Of a DNA stretch of 64,000 nt, positions 47,359 to 55,440 are shown piece after piece. Every line of letters starts with the position of its first letter. Positions within the stretch are counted from its first letter, which is position 1. The notes under the pieces were generated by a model, which was given only the letters and a program-made list of their open reading frames with translations, was not told the origin of the DNA and did not search any database. Origin of the DNA: a virus; IMG/VR virus record IMGVR_UViG_3300046817_000745, positions 1 to 64,000 of that record; one strand, written 5' to 3'. A program made the translations under genes and the position numbers.

Positions 47359-48615
47359 TTACCGCCGGACGGACACGGCCTCCAGAGCGGGCACTGCGAG
47401 GCGCTCGACCTCGTAGGCCCGGTCCGGGTCCTCGAGCGTCTGGGCGTACGCGGTCAGCGCGTTGGCGACGCCGCCCGCCGTGGGCTGGCCGGACAGGATG
47501 AAGAAGTCCAGGACGCTCTTGGACTCCTCGGCGCTCAGGCCGAGCCCGGCGCAGACCTTCGGCACGACCTCGGTCGGGCTGGCGATCTGGACGGCGGCCT
47601 TCTCCTCGAACCCGGTGATCAGGCTGGCCAGGTACTCGGGAGTCAGCCACTGGGTGACTGCGTCGGTGGTCTCCGACTTGACCAGCGCACCGGCCGCCCG
47701 GACCGTGGCCAGTGACGGGCGGATGACGCCCTCGGACAGGACTCGGCCGAGGTGGACCTTGCGGATGCCCTGGCGCACGTCCGTCCAGCCGTTGGAGCAG
47801 CGCACCAGGCAGACCACCGGGGTCAGGTTGTAGGCGCCGGACCCGGTCTCGGAGTTGTCGAAGTCCAGACCCATGTAGGCGACCGGCTCTTCGCCGTGGT
47901 TGAAGATGTGGTGCTCGCCGTACTGCGCGCGCAGTGCGGCCATGTCGCGGTGCCCGGCGCGACGCGGGCCGCGGTCGGTGCCGCCGTTGCCGTCGAACGG
48001 GCTGCGGTAGCCCTCGAGCAGGCCCTCGGCGCGTGCGTAGACCTCGGGAAACTCGAACCGCACGCGCATCCGGGTCTCGGACAGGTCCGAGACGTTGACG
48101 ATCGGCGCGACGCCGGCCGCCTGGATGCCCTGGGTCACGGCCATCAGCATGTCAAGGTTGTCCATCGACAGGTTGAACCGGTCGGACAGGACCGCGCGGG
48201 CCACGCCCGGGGCTCCGTCGTCGCCGCGGAAGAGCCGTAGCAGGAAGCTGCGGGCGTCGGGCGCGTGCAGCTCGGTGCCGTCGCCGCCCTTGCGGCCGTG
48301 CAGCCATCCGTTGACGTTGCCGTCGATCAGGTCGTTGCGGCCCGCCTCGCGCATCCTGCGGAAGTAGGTCTGGCCGACGCCCAGCTTGTCCGCCAGGCCG
48401 CGATCGGCGATCTCGGTCAGCGCGTAGGTCCCGGCCGCGGAGGTGACGCCGTCCTCGGTGATCTCGGCGACGGTGTTGGCGACCACGAGCTGACCGTCAC
48501 GGCTCCAAACCTGGCGGGCCGGCGCGACGACGTCGAGCTTGTGCGCGTTCTGCGAGTTGAGGATGTCCAGCAGTTCCTGTGCGCTGGCGTTCCTCGCGGT
48601 GAGCTGAACGGTCAT
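47359..48615 (-). CDS. DUF932-family protein
   Basis: RAVLSDRF..DN, NSETGSG, LVRCSNG, H.G, ANALTAYAQ. Confidence 0.8.
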   Translation of the reverse strand: MTVQLTARNASAQELLDILNSQNAHKLDVVAPARQVWSRDGQLVVANTVAEITEDGVTSAAGTYALTEIADRGLADKLGVGQTYFRRMREAGRNDLIDGNVNGWLHGRKGGDGTELHAPDARSFLLRLFRGDDGAPGVARAVLSDRFNLSMDNLDMLMAVTQGIQAAGVAPIVNVSDLSETRMRVRFEFPEVYARAEGLLEGYRSPFDGNGGTDRGPRRAGHRDMAALRAQYGEHHIFNHGEEPVAYMGLDFDNSETGSGAYNLTPVVCLVRCSNGWTDVRQGIRKVHLGRVLSEGVIRPSLATVRAAGALVKSETTDAVTQWLTPEYLASLITGFEEKAAVQIASPTEVVPKVCAGLGLSAEESKSVLDFFILSGQPTAGGVANALTAYAQTLEDPDRAYEVERLAVPALEAVSVRR

Positions 48616-48675
48616 CTTCCCTGATCCCTTCGCCTGAGTCCGCCTGCGGCGGTCTCACTGATGACAACATTAGCA
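48615..48675 (-). promoter_or_regulatory. Extended -10 (TGcTAATGT), GTTGTCATCAG box, TCAGGGAAGA motif
   Basis: Box 48658-48668; motif 48615-48624. Confidence 0.6.
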
Positions 48676-48714
48676 GTTCCCCGGCCACACCACAAGTCGG
48701 GGGCGGACACGGAA

Positions 48715-48744
48715 GAGGGCCCTTCGTTGGCGCGAAGGGCCCTC
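48715..48744 (-). terminator. Stem-loop terminator
   Basis: 12-bp perfect inverted repeat GAGGGCCCTTCG/CGAAGGGCCCTC. Confidence 0.7.
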
Positions 48745-48761
48745 GCAAACCGGATGCTGCA

Positions 48762-48885
48762 CCTGGCGTGAGAAGCGGTGTTTCCTGTGCTCCGACTCCA
48801 GTAGAGGAGTCGAAGTGTGCACCTCGGCCGCGCGGCTCCGGGGGGATGGAGAGCTCACGCGCGGCCGAGGGCGTCTTTCACCAGG
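48762..48885 (-). ncRNA. Candidate structured RNA (multi-stem), unassigned
   Basis: Enclosing stem plus two internal hairpins in an intergenic region. Confidence 0.3.
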
Positions 48886-48890
48886 CCAGC

Positions 48891-49937
48891 CTACTGGGCC
48901 CACGGCGGGGGCGGGGCCCCCTGCTGACCGGCGGGCTCGGGCTGCGCCGCCGGGGGTGCGGCCTGCTGGCCGTTCCACGGAGGCGGCTGCGGCCCGTTCA
49001 CGGGCGGCATGGCCGGCTGCTGCGGCTGCGGCTGCGGCTGCTGGAACGGAGCCGGCGCCGCGCCGTAGCCGGGGGCGGGCGCGTACTGCTGCGGCTGCGG
49101 CGGCTGGCCGTTCATCGGCTGCGCGTATCCCTGGCCCTGCTGCGCGGGGTCGTACCCGCCTGCGGCAGGTGCGGGCGGCTGCGCCCACGGCGGCATGCCC
49201 GTACCGGGCCCGGGCTGGCCACCGGCCGGGGCCATGGCGGGCGCCGGAGTCTGCCAGGGGTCAGCGGCCACGGGCATCGCGGCAGGCTGCTGGGGACCGC
49301 CGTACGGCGCCTGCGCCGGGTACCCGGGCTGCGGCGGGAACGGCGGCTGTCCGTATCCCTGCGGCTGGCCGTATCCCTGCTGCGGTGGGTACTGCTGCTG
49401 CTGCGGGTACTGCGGTTGGCCGTATCCCGGCTGTGCGCCGTAGCCGGGCATCTGCGCCGGCTGCTGCGACTGGAACGTTGGCCAGGTCGTCGGAGCGCCG
49501 GGCCTCGCCGGACGCACGTCGCGCACCTTGTTGCGGGTGACACCCTCGTACTCCTCCTGAATGATCTTCAGGAGCACCGGCCGCCCGATCATCGCCTGGG
49601 CCACCTGCTCGGGAGTCCAGCCCAACACCCAAAACGGCTGCTGCTGCGGGTTGGCCGGGTCCGGGACCGGGATGCCCAGGGCCGCCAGGTGCTTGAACAT
49701 GATCCCGAGCGCCTCCGGCTTGTCGGCGGTGATCGTTACCGGCTGCTTGATCTGCGTGCGCCCGGCGTTGGGGCCGGTCGACACGCGGTACCGCACGTCC
49801 CACTGACCTTTGTCGCCCGCCCTGGTGCGGCCCCACGTGCTCGCCTCGACCACGGCGTCGACCTCACCGGCGTCGTAGACGAAGATCGAGCTGTCGGCCT
49901 GCCCGTACAGCGTTCCGAAGTCATACTGCTGGCTCAT
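48891..49937 (-). CDS. ssDNA-binding protein (DUF669-like) with long Pro/Gln tail
   Basis: OB-like N-domain ending EEYEGVTRNKV; next to Sak4-like ATPase; ends PPPPWAQ. Confidence 0.7.
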   Translation of the reverse strand: MSQQYDFGTLYGQADSSIFVYDAGEVDAVVEASTWGRTRAGDKGQWDVRYRVSTGPNAGRTQIKQPVTITADKPEALGIMFKHLAALGIPVPDPANPQQQPFWVLGWTPEQVAQAMIGRPVLLKIIQEEYEGVTRNKVRDVRPARPGAPTTWPTFQSQQPAQMPGYGAQPGYGQPQYPQQQQYPPQQGYGQPQGYGQPPFPPQPGYPAQAPYGGPQQPAAMPVAADPWQTPAPAMAPAGGQPGPGTGMPPWAQPPAPAAGGYDPAQQGQGYAQPMNGQPPQPQQYAPAPGYGAAPAPFQQPQPQPQQPAMPPVNGPQPPPWNGQQAAPPAAQPEPAGQQGAPPPPWAQ

Positions 49938-49940
49938 GAT

Positions 49941-50738
49941 CTACTTCCTTCTTCCCTGGAGAACCTGCGCGAGCATGCTCTCAGCGGTGTACCCGGGGTG
50001 GGTTGGATCCCCGATCCTCATGGTGTATGGCAGGCGCCCTCCCAGGCGCTCGCCGGTCTCGTACTGCGGATGCGGCCCGATGAACATCAGGCGGCTGCCG
50101 TCCCGCTCGGCCCCGAGATATCCGAGCACATCCACGTAGTAGGGCAGGAAGTCCTGCGCCTGGCCCTGCACCATCGGGCGCCAGCGGCCGTCCTTCAGGT
50201 GCGTACCGGCCACGAAGGTCATCGACCACAGCGGCTTGACCGGGTGTGTGATCAGGTCGCGATAGGCCCGGACCATCTGGTTGACCTGCCGCAGCAGAGC
50301 TCCCCACTTGTCCCGGTCCATCTGGTTGCCCTTGGTCAGATCGTCGATGATCCGCTGCTGGACCTCGGTGACCGAGTCCATCCCGCCGGAGTTGAACGGA
50401 TGCTGGCCGGAGTTGAGCACGCTGTACGTCGCGGTGACCGTCCGCGCATCACGCACCAGCACGATCGCGGTGTCCCAGCTGCCGTCAGCCTGCGGCGGCG
50501 GCTCGCGCATCGGGTCCCACTCGATTTTGCGCGACGGGGTCCAGTAGGAGGAGCCTTCGACGTCGAGCACGAAGCGCGGAGCCGGCCCCGAGTCGGCGAA
50601 GGTGCTCTTGCCCGCCTTCGGCAGGCCGTGTACGAGGAACGAGAGGCCCTGGACACGGCGGCGGTGCTGCGGTGGCGACTGCATCTGCGGCTGCCGGACG
50701 AACGCCGCGGGCACGTACTGCTGCGGCTGGACGCTCAC
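49941..50738 (-). CDS. AAA_24/Sak4-like recombination ATPase
   Basis: Walker A GLPKAGKST, LDVEG, DSVTE; GTGA overlap. Confidence 0.8.
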   Translation of the reverse strand: MSVQPQQYVPAAFVRQPQMQSPPQHRRRVQGLSFLVHGLPKAGKSTFADSGPAPRFVLDVEGSSYWTPSRKIEWDPMREPPPQADGSWDTAIVLVRDARTVTATYSVLNSGQHPFNSGGMDSVTEVQQRIIDDLTKGNQMDRDKWGALLRQVNQMVRAYRDLITHPVKPLWSMTFVAGTHLKDGRWRPMVQGQAQDFLPYYVDVLGYLGAERDGSRLMFIGPHPQYETGERLGGRLPYTMRIGDPTHPGYTAESMLAQVLQGRRK

Positions 50739-50977
50739 CCGAGGACCGCGTTCCACATCGCGACGCAGCCCAGCACCAGGCCGAACATGGCGGCCAGGAC
50801 GAACAACACGTAGAAGACCGTCCCCGCCATGTCTTTGATCCTGGTACGCCGCGCATCCTCGGCAGCACTGCGCAGTGCGAGCTCTGCGGCCTTCTCCTGG
50901 TAGTGGGCGGTTTGCTCGCCGAGGATGGCCTCGAGCACACTCTTGGGGGTGGGTTTGCCTGTCGGTTCGGTCGTCAT
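50735..50977 (-). CDS. Small membrane protein
   Basis: C-terminal TM helix; overlaps both neighbours. Confidence 0.7.
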   Translation of the reverse strand: MTTEPTGKPTPKSVLEAILGEQTAHYQEKAAELALRSAAEDARRTRIKDMAGTVFYVLFVLAAMFGLVLGCVAMWNAVLG

Positions 50978-51951
50978 ATCTTCGCCATCTCTTCCCTGAT
51001 CGTGCGGAGCGCGTCGTCCCGGTAGTACTCGTAGGGGTCCGCCTGCCGGAACCGTCCACTGCGGACAAGACTAGCAGACCAGTCGCTCCCGTCGTCCATC
51101 ATCGGGCAGATTTCCCGGAAGGTGCACCACCACTTGCAGTCCGTCGGGATCTGCGTGGGGTACATCTGCGAGCGCTGCACCTGGTCGATCACAGACAGGT
51201 CGCCGCCACTGCGCTGGTATGCGTCGTCGAGCATCGAGCGGGCCCACATGATCTGCTGCGCCACGCTCTGCACCCGCAGCAGCGTCGCGTCGATCTCCTG
51301 CGGAGTGTAGGTGAACGGGTCACGGCGGTAGTAGGGCGGCTGCGCACTGCCGGTGCGCTTCACCCGGCGCAGCGTGTCGATCGTGCCACCCGCGATCTTC
51401 GGGCCGTCTGCCGCGCTGGCAAGGTGCTGTACCAGCGTGTAGAGCTTCATCTGCGGGTCAAGGCGTAGTTGCTCGGCGCGCTCGAAGGTGGCCCCGGTCT
51501 TGTAGTCGCGGAACATCAGCGCGCCGTCGGAGATCCGCAGGGCCACCTGATCCAACCGGGCGCGCAGCTGCACTCCGGGCACTCCGGGCAGGTCGACCCG
51601 CAGATCGGTCTCGGTGGCCACGATCTTGAAGTCTGCGTCCTCGCCGCTCTCGACCAGCCACTCCAGGTAGCCGGACACCATCGCCTCGGCCAGGTCCGCC
51701 TCCTTCGCCAAGTCCGCCGCGAAGTCGGGATGTTTGGCGGCCTCGGCCTTGTACAGCAGTGCGAGCACCGCGACCGGGTCGAGCTGGTATCCGAAATGGC
51801 CCTCGAGCGCGGTGTGCACCCGCTTGCCGAGCTCCCTGTTGCCGACGGGCGACTCATCGGTGGGCACGAATCCTAGGTAGTATGTCAAGTACCAATTACG
51901 TCGGCACCTGAGCCACGCATAGATCTCCGACTGCGAGATCAGCATCGTCAT
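50974..51951 (-). CDS. PD-(D/E)xK RecB/Cas4-like exonuclease
   Basis: S.SEI..WLRCRR, G..VH..LE, RLD, DYKT, Q..LY, CKWWC.F..IC. Confidence 0.88.
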   Translation of the reverse strand: MTMLISQSEIYAWLRCRRNWYLTYYLGFVPTDESPVGNRELGKRVHTALEGHFGYQLDPVAVLALLYKAEAAKHPDFAADLAKEADLAEAMVSGYLEWLVESGEDADFKIVATETDLRVDLPGVPGVQLRARLDQVALRISDGALMFRDYKTGATFERAEQLRLDPQMKLYTLVQHLASAADGPKIAGGTIDTLRRVKRTGSAQPPYYRRDPFTYTPQEIDATLLRVQSVAQQIMWARSMLDDAYQRSGGDLSVIDQVQRSQMYPTQIPTDCKWWCTFREICPMMDDGSDWSASLVRSGRFRQADPYEYYRDDALRTIREEMAKI

Positions 51952-52163
51952 CCTCCCTGCTTTCCTTCCAGTATTTCTCCGGTGATCACCCGATACTGAG
52001 GGCGAACGAACGACTGCATCTCATCGAACGCACTGTGTGCAGACTGCTCGGTGGCGAACGGAATCCTGACCACCAGGCCGCCGTTCCGTCTCTCGATCTC
52101 AACGCCGTCATACGGATGCAGGAATGCGATCTCCACGTACCAGTCGCCTTCTGCCTCACTCAT
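51948..52163 (-). CDS. Hypothetical protein
   Basis: Overlaps both neighbours. Confidence 0.6.
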   Translation of the reverse strand: MSEAEGDWYVEIAFLHPYDGVEIERRNGGLVVRIPFATEQSAHSAFDEMQSFVRPQYRVITGEILEGKQGG

Positions 52164-54015
52164 CGTCGCCTGCGATCAGCCAGCGCAGCAGGTCGGCATC
52201 GCGGGTGAGCTCGGCCGCGCGCTCGCCCTTCTGCTCGCCGAGCTGGAACAGCCGCTCCTCGACCGTGCCGGGGGTGATGGAGTAGACGATGCGGACACCG
52301 CCCTGCGCCGTGCCCTGCTGCCCGATCCGGTCGATGCGGCAGATCTTCTGATCGCGCGAGCGCCAGCTCGGGTCCGGCTGCATGAAGAAGATCGTGTGAG
52401 CCGCGGTGAGCGTGATCGACTCCGCGCCGGCCGCGGTGATGAAGATGACCTGGCAGTCGCCGCGCTGGAACCAGGTCACCGCCTGGTCCATGGCGTCCGC
52501 GGTCATCCCGCCGACGATCTTGCAGTGTGTGATCTTCTTAGCGGCCAGGGCCTTCTCGGCGAGCGCGACCAGCTGCGGCGAGTTGGCGGATACGACCAGC
52601 TGGCCTTCCTCGTCCTCGAGGAAGTCGAGCAGGTCGGCCACCTTCGATGACGGCATGATCATTCGGGGCCGCAGCACCGTGAACCCGTCACCGTCCTCGC
52701 CCTCGGTGACCTCGAGCATGGACGATGCCAGCTGGCACAGGCGGGTGAACGCCACCAGATCGTTCGACGCAACGACCAGCCTGCCCTCGAGCTCGACCAG
52801 TGCCTGCTTGGCGATCTCTTTGTACGTGCGCTTCTGCGCCGGGGACATCTGCGGATAGCGGAACACCGGCTCGAGGCGGGTCGGCAGGAACGGCAGCGCG
52901 ACCTTGCGCGGGATCCGCCGGATCAGCGGCTGGACGAAGGAGTGGAAGGTCTCCGCGGTGTCCGGCCGGATGCCGAGCACGGTGGTCCCGCCGTGGAAAT
53001 TGATCTCTTTGACGGCGAACAGGTCCAGGTAGCGACTGCGGGACGGCGCGGTGGCGACGTCCAGGCCGTGCAGCAGCGGCCAGAGCTGGCCGATGTGGTC
53101 GGCGACCGGCGTGCCGGTGGCCAGCCAACGGTATTCCGCCTGGTGCAGCATCCACCACAGCGCGCGGGTCTGCTTCGAGCGTGCGTCCTGCATTCGGTGC
53201 GCCTCGTCGGCGATCACCGTGCGCCAGGGTGTTCCCGTCAAGTTTAGATCCTTCGGGTGCACCTCACACCGGGCCGCGGCGATGCCTTCGTCGATGCCGC
53301 CGCACGCCTTGCACCGGATGAACCGGACGCCGGGGTACGCCTCGAGCCGCGTGTGCGCGCGTACGTTCGGCCAGCCGATGATCCACACATCTCCGTCGTC
53401 CCGCTCGATCGCCTGGCGGCGGCGAAGCGCCGTGCCGTCGACCACGACCGTGCGCAGCTCCGGCGCCCAGTGCGCAAACTCGCGCTCCCAGTTGCGGATC
53501 GCCGCGACCGAGCAGACGACCAGCGCCGGCAGCGGGTCGGGGCCGAGCTCCTTCGCCAGCTGCAGTGCGCGGATCAGCTGAGGCGTCTTGCCGTTGCCCT
53601 GCTCATCGCCGAGGATCGCATGGCGCCGGTCGTATAGGTATACAGCTCCGCCGCACTGGAACGGGTAGAGCTTGCGCGGCCGCCCGTCTGGGAACGGCAG
53701 GCTGAGCTCGTCCAGCTCATCGAGGCACGGCGAGATGCCGTCGTACTCGCCGTCGTCCAGGGCGCTGCGCAGCTTCCAGGCGTACACCACGTCGTCGTAT
53801 GCGTTCTTGGACCACGCTTGCAAATCGGGGCCGACGTCCAGCGGCTGGCCGGACCATAGCATGTGCAGCGTGACGACGGTCGCCCACGACAGCGGGGCGT
53901 GCCAGGTCCCTGCGTTCTTGTCGAAGTTGCAGCCGGGCATCTGGGCAGTGAGGTGGTTCTCCACCGTGCTGCACCCGATCACTATCTTGCGGTCGATGAT
54001 CTCAGCCCATGCCAT
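52156..54015 (-). CDS. SNF2-family helicase
   Basis: DEQGNGKT, IADEAH, ATGTP, RIDRIGQ. Confidence 0.9.
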   Translation of the reverse strand: MAWAEIIDRKIVIGCSTVENHLTAQMPGCNFDKNAGTWHAPLSWATVVTLHMLWSGQPLDVGPDLQAWSKNAYDDVVYAWKLRSALDDGEYDGISPCLDELDELSLPFPDGRPRKLYPFQCGGAVYLYDRRHAILGDEQGNGKTPQLIRALQLAKELGPDPLPALVVCSVAAIRNWEREFAHWAPELRTVVVDGTALRRRQAIERDDGDVWIIGWPNVRAHTRLEAYPGVRFIRCKACGGIDEGIAAARCEVHPKDLNLTGTPWRTVIADEAHRMQDARSKQTRALWWMLHQAEYRWLATGTPVADHIGQLWPLLHGLDVATAPSRSRYLDLFAVKEINFHGGTTVLGIRPDTAETFHSFVQPLIRRIPRKVALPFLPTRLEPVFRYPQMSPAQKRTYKEIAKQALVELEGRLVVASNDLVAFTRLCQLASSMLEVTEGEDGDGFTVLRPRMIMPSSKVADLLDFLEDEEGQLVVSANSPQLVALAEKALAAKKITHCKIVGGMTADAMDQAVTWFQRGDCQVIFITAAGAESITLTAAHTIFFMQPDPSWRSRDQKICRIDRIGQQGTAQGGVRIVYSITPGTVEERLFQLGEQKGERAAELTRDADLLRWLIAGDDE

Positions 54016-54319
54016 GGCCGGCCTGCTTCTGTCGCAGGAGCAGCTGGTGTCCTGCCTCGGTCAAAGACGACGGTGACTTGAAGAGTTTGATCAGTTCTCG
54101 ACCGACAATCGTGAGCCGCACCGGGTCACCGTGGCCGTTGCCGACGTCGATCAGACCGTACTGTCCGAGTACGCGGAATGTCTCGCTGTTCACGGTGTAG
54201 TTCGTGCCAGGCAAAGTCCAACGACTGCGCGGAGCGACGATGAAGACCACACCATCGCCTTGGTCCTGCGTGTCAATCGTGCGGAGTAGGACCAAAGATG
54301 CACGTGTAAGGGGTTGCAT
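54002..54319 (-). CDS. Hypothetical protein (possible winged helix)
   Basis: TCAGGGAGGA motif upstream; GLI...V.LT..GR. Confidence 0.65.
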   Translation of the reverse strand: MQPLTRASLVLLRTIDTQDQGDGVVFIVAPRSRWTLPGTNYTVNSETFRVLGQYGLIDVGNGHGDPVRLTIVGRELIKLFKSPSSLTEAGHQLLLRQKQAGHGMG

Positions 54320-54322
54320 TCT

Positions 54323-54367
54323 TCCTCCCTGATCTCGCTGCCGACCCTACAAGATGTCAGCAGTATG
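54323..54367 (-). promoter_or_regulatory. Putative -10 (CATACT), CTGCTGACATC box, TCAGGGAGGA motif
   Basis: Box 54353-54363; motif 54323-54332. Confidence 0.5.
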
Positions 54368-54811
54368 GAGACTAGCACGCCAGTGGGCCGGCAGGTTGCC
54401 GGTCCGTAGGCACCACGCCACGAGGTGCTGGGCTGCGCTCTGCGCGTCGTCTTTCCCGGCCGGCCAGATGCCCAGGGACCGCAGCACGGTCGGGTTGGCG
54501 ACCTTGCGGTCGTCGGGCGCGGCGGGGGTCAGGATCCGCACGTGGCGGGATGTGGCCAGATACCGGGCCACGCCGATCATCTCGATCGTCTGGTGCACCG
54601 GCTCCTGCGTGAGCTTGTGCGTCTGCGGGCCGATGTGGAATCGCTCCCATCCGACCACACCGCCGTAGTTCCACCGTGTGCAGAACAGATCGATCATGTC
54701 TGCGGCGCGCTGTGGCGGGAACTCGTCGGTCCAGAAGTCTTGACCGCCGATCAGCGTCGCCAGGCCGGTCATCCCGCCGGGGTCGATCCACATCACAGCC
54801 GGAGGCAGCAT
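54347..54811 (-). CDS. RuvC-like Holliday junction resolvase
   Basis: WIDPGGMTGLA, WERF, E.IG, DDA.SA..H. Confidence 0.75.
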   Translation of the reverse strand: MLPPAVMWIDPGGMTGLATLIGGQDFWTDEFPPQRAADMIDLFCTRWNYGGVVGWERFHIGPQTHKLTQEPVHQTIEMIGVARYLATSRHVRILTPAAPDDRKVANPTVLRSLGIWPAGKDDAQSAAQHLVAWCLRTGNLPAHWRASLHTADIL

Positions 54812-54822
54812 TTTGATCCTCT

Positions 54823-55113
54823 CTACACCAGTCGTTTCGGGACCTTGCGCAGCGGAGCGCGGTCAGTCATCGGTCGGATGAAGGGGTTCAGACCGCCATC
54901 ACGCCCGCGCGACCACAGCCGCTTCCAGCAGTAGGAACAGTTCTCGAAGTGCACGTCGCAATGGTGCGGCACGTGGTACCCGCGCAGCCAACACGCCGGG
55001 CGCCACAGCCACGCGTATCCGCGGTCGGTGCAGTGCCACCAGACGGCATGGATGCGGTTGCCTCCGTTGAGTTTGCGACGGTACCAGCGGTCGAAACGGC
55101 TGCGGAGGCTCAC
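54823..55113 (-). CDS. Hypothetical Cys/His/Trp-rich protein
   Basis: GAGGGA RBS; CWLRGYH..CSYC. Confidence 0.55.
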   Translation of the reverse strand: MSLRSRFDRWYRRKLNGGNRIHAVWWHCTDRGYAWLWRPACWLRGYHVPHHCDVHFENCSYCWKRLWSRGRDGGLNPFIRPMTDRAPLRKVPKRLV

Positions 55114-55116
55114 CGG

Positions 55117-55440
55117 TCAGTCCCTCGCGTCGATGAGCAGCGGCGTGAGAGATCCGCCGTCGAAGCCGTGTGTCGGCGGGATCTTGGTCCACACTCGGCC
55201 CTTCTGGTCCAGCCAGCCGACCCGCCGCAGCGTCGCGAAGTGCAGGGCGGCCGCGTCCCACGCCAGCTCCATCAACTCCAGGTCTTTGACCGCGGTCGGC
55301 GTGACGCCGCCGGACTCCTGGCGCGCCGCCTCCCACTCGCTGAACGAGATGTGACGCGGGTCGACGGGTGTCTTCCACTCCTCGCCTCGGTACGTGTGCA
55401 TGTCGGTCTGCGCTCCGGGGTACCTCACGACTTCACCCAT
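55117..55440 (-). CDS. Hypothetical protein
   Basis: Overlaps polymerase stop. Confidence 0.6.
   Translation of the reverse strand: MGEVVRYPGAQTDMHTYRGEEWKTPVDPRHISFSEWEAARQESGGVTPTAVKDLELMELAWDAAALHFATLRRVGWLDQKGRVWTKIPPTHGFDGGSLTPLLIDARD

Noticed and set aside
48768-50813. 681-aa plus-strand ORF
   Set aside because: Antisense to SSB and Sak4-like genes; Arg/Leu-rich artefact
50974-51951. Cas4-like nuclease as a CRISPR component
   Set aside because: Sits in a standard phage exonuclease-Sak4-SSB recombination module with no array
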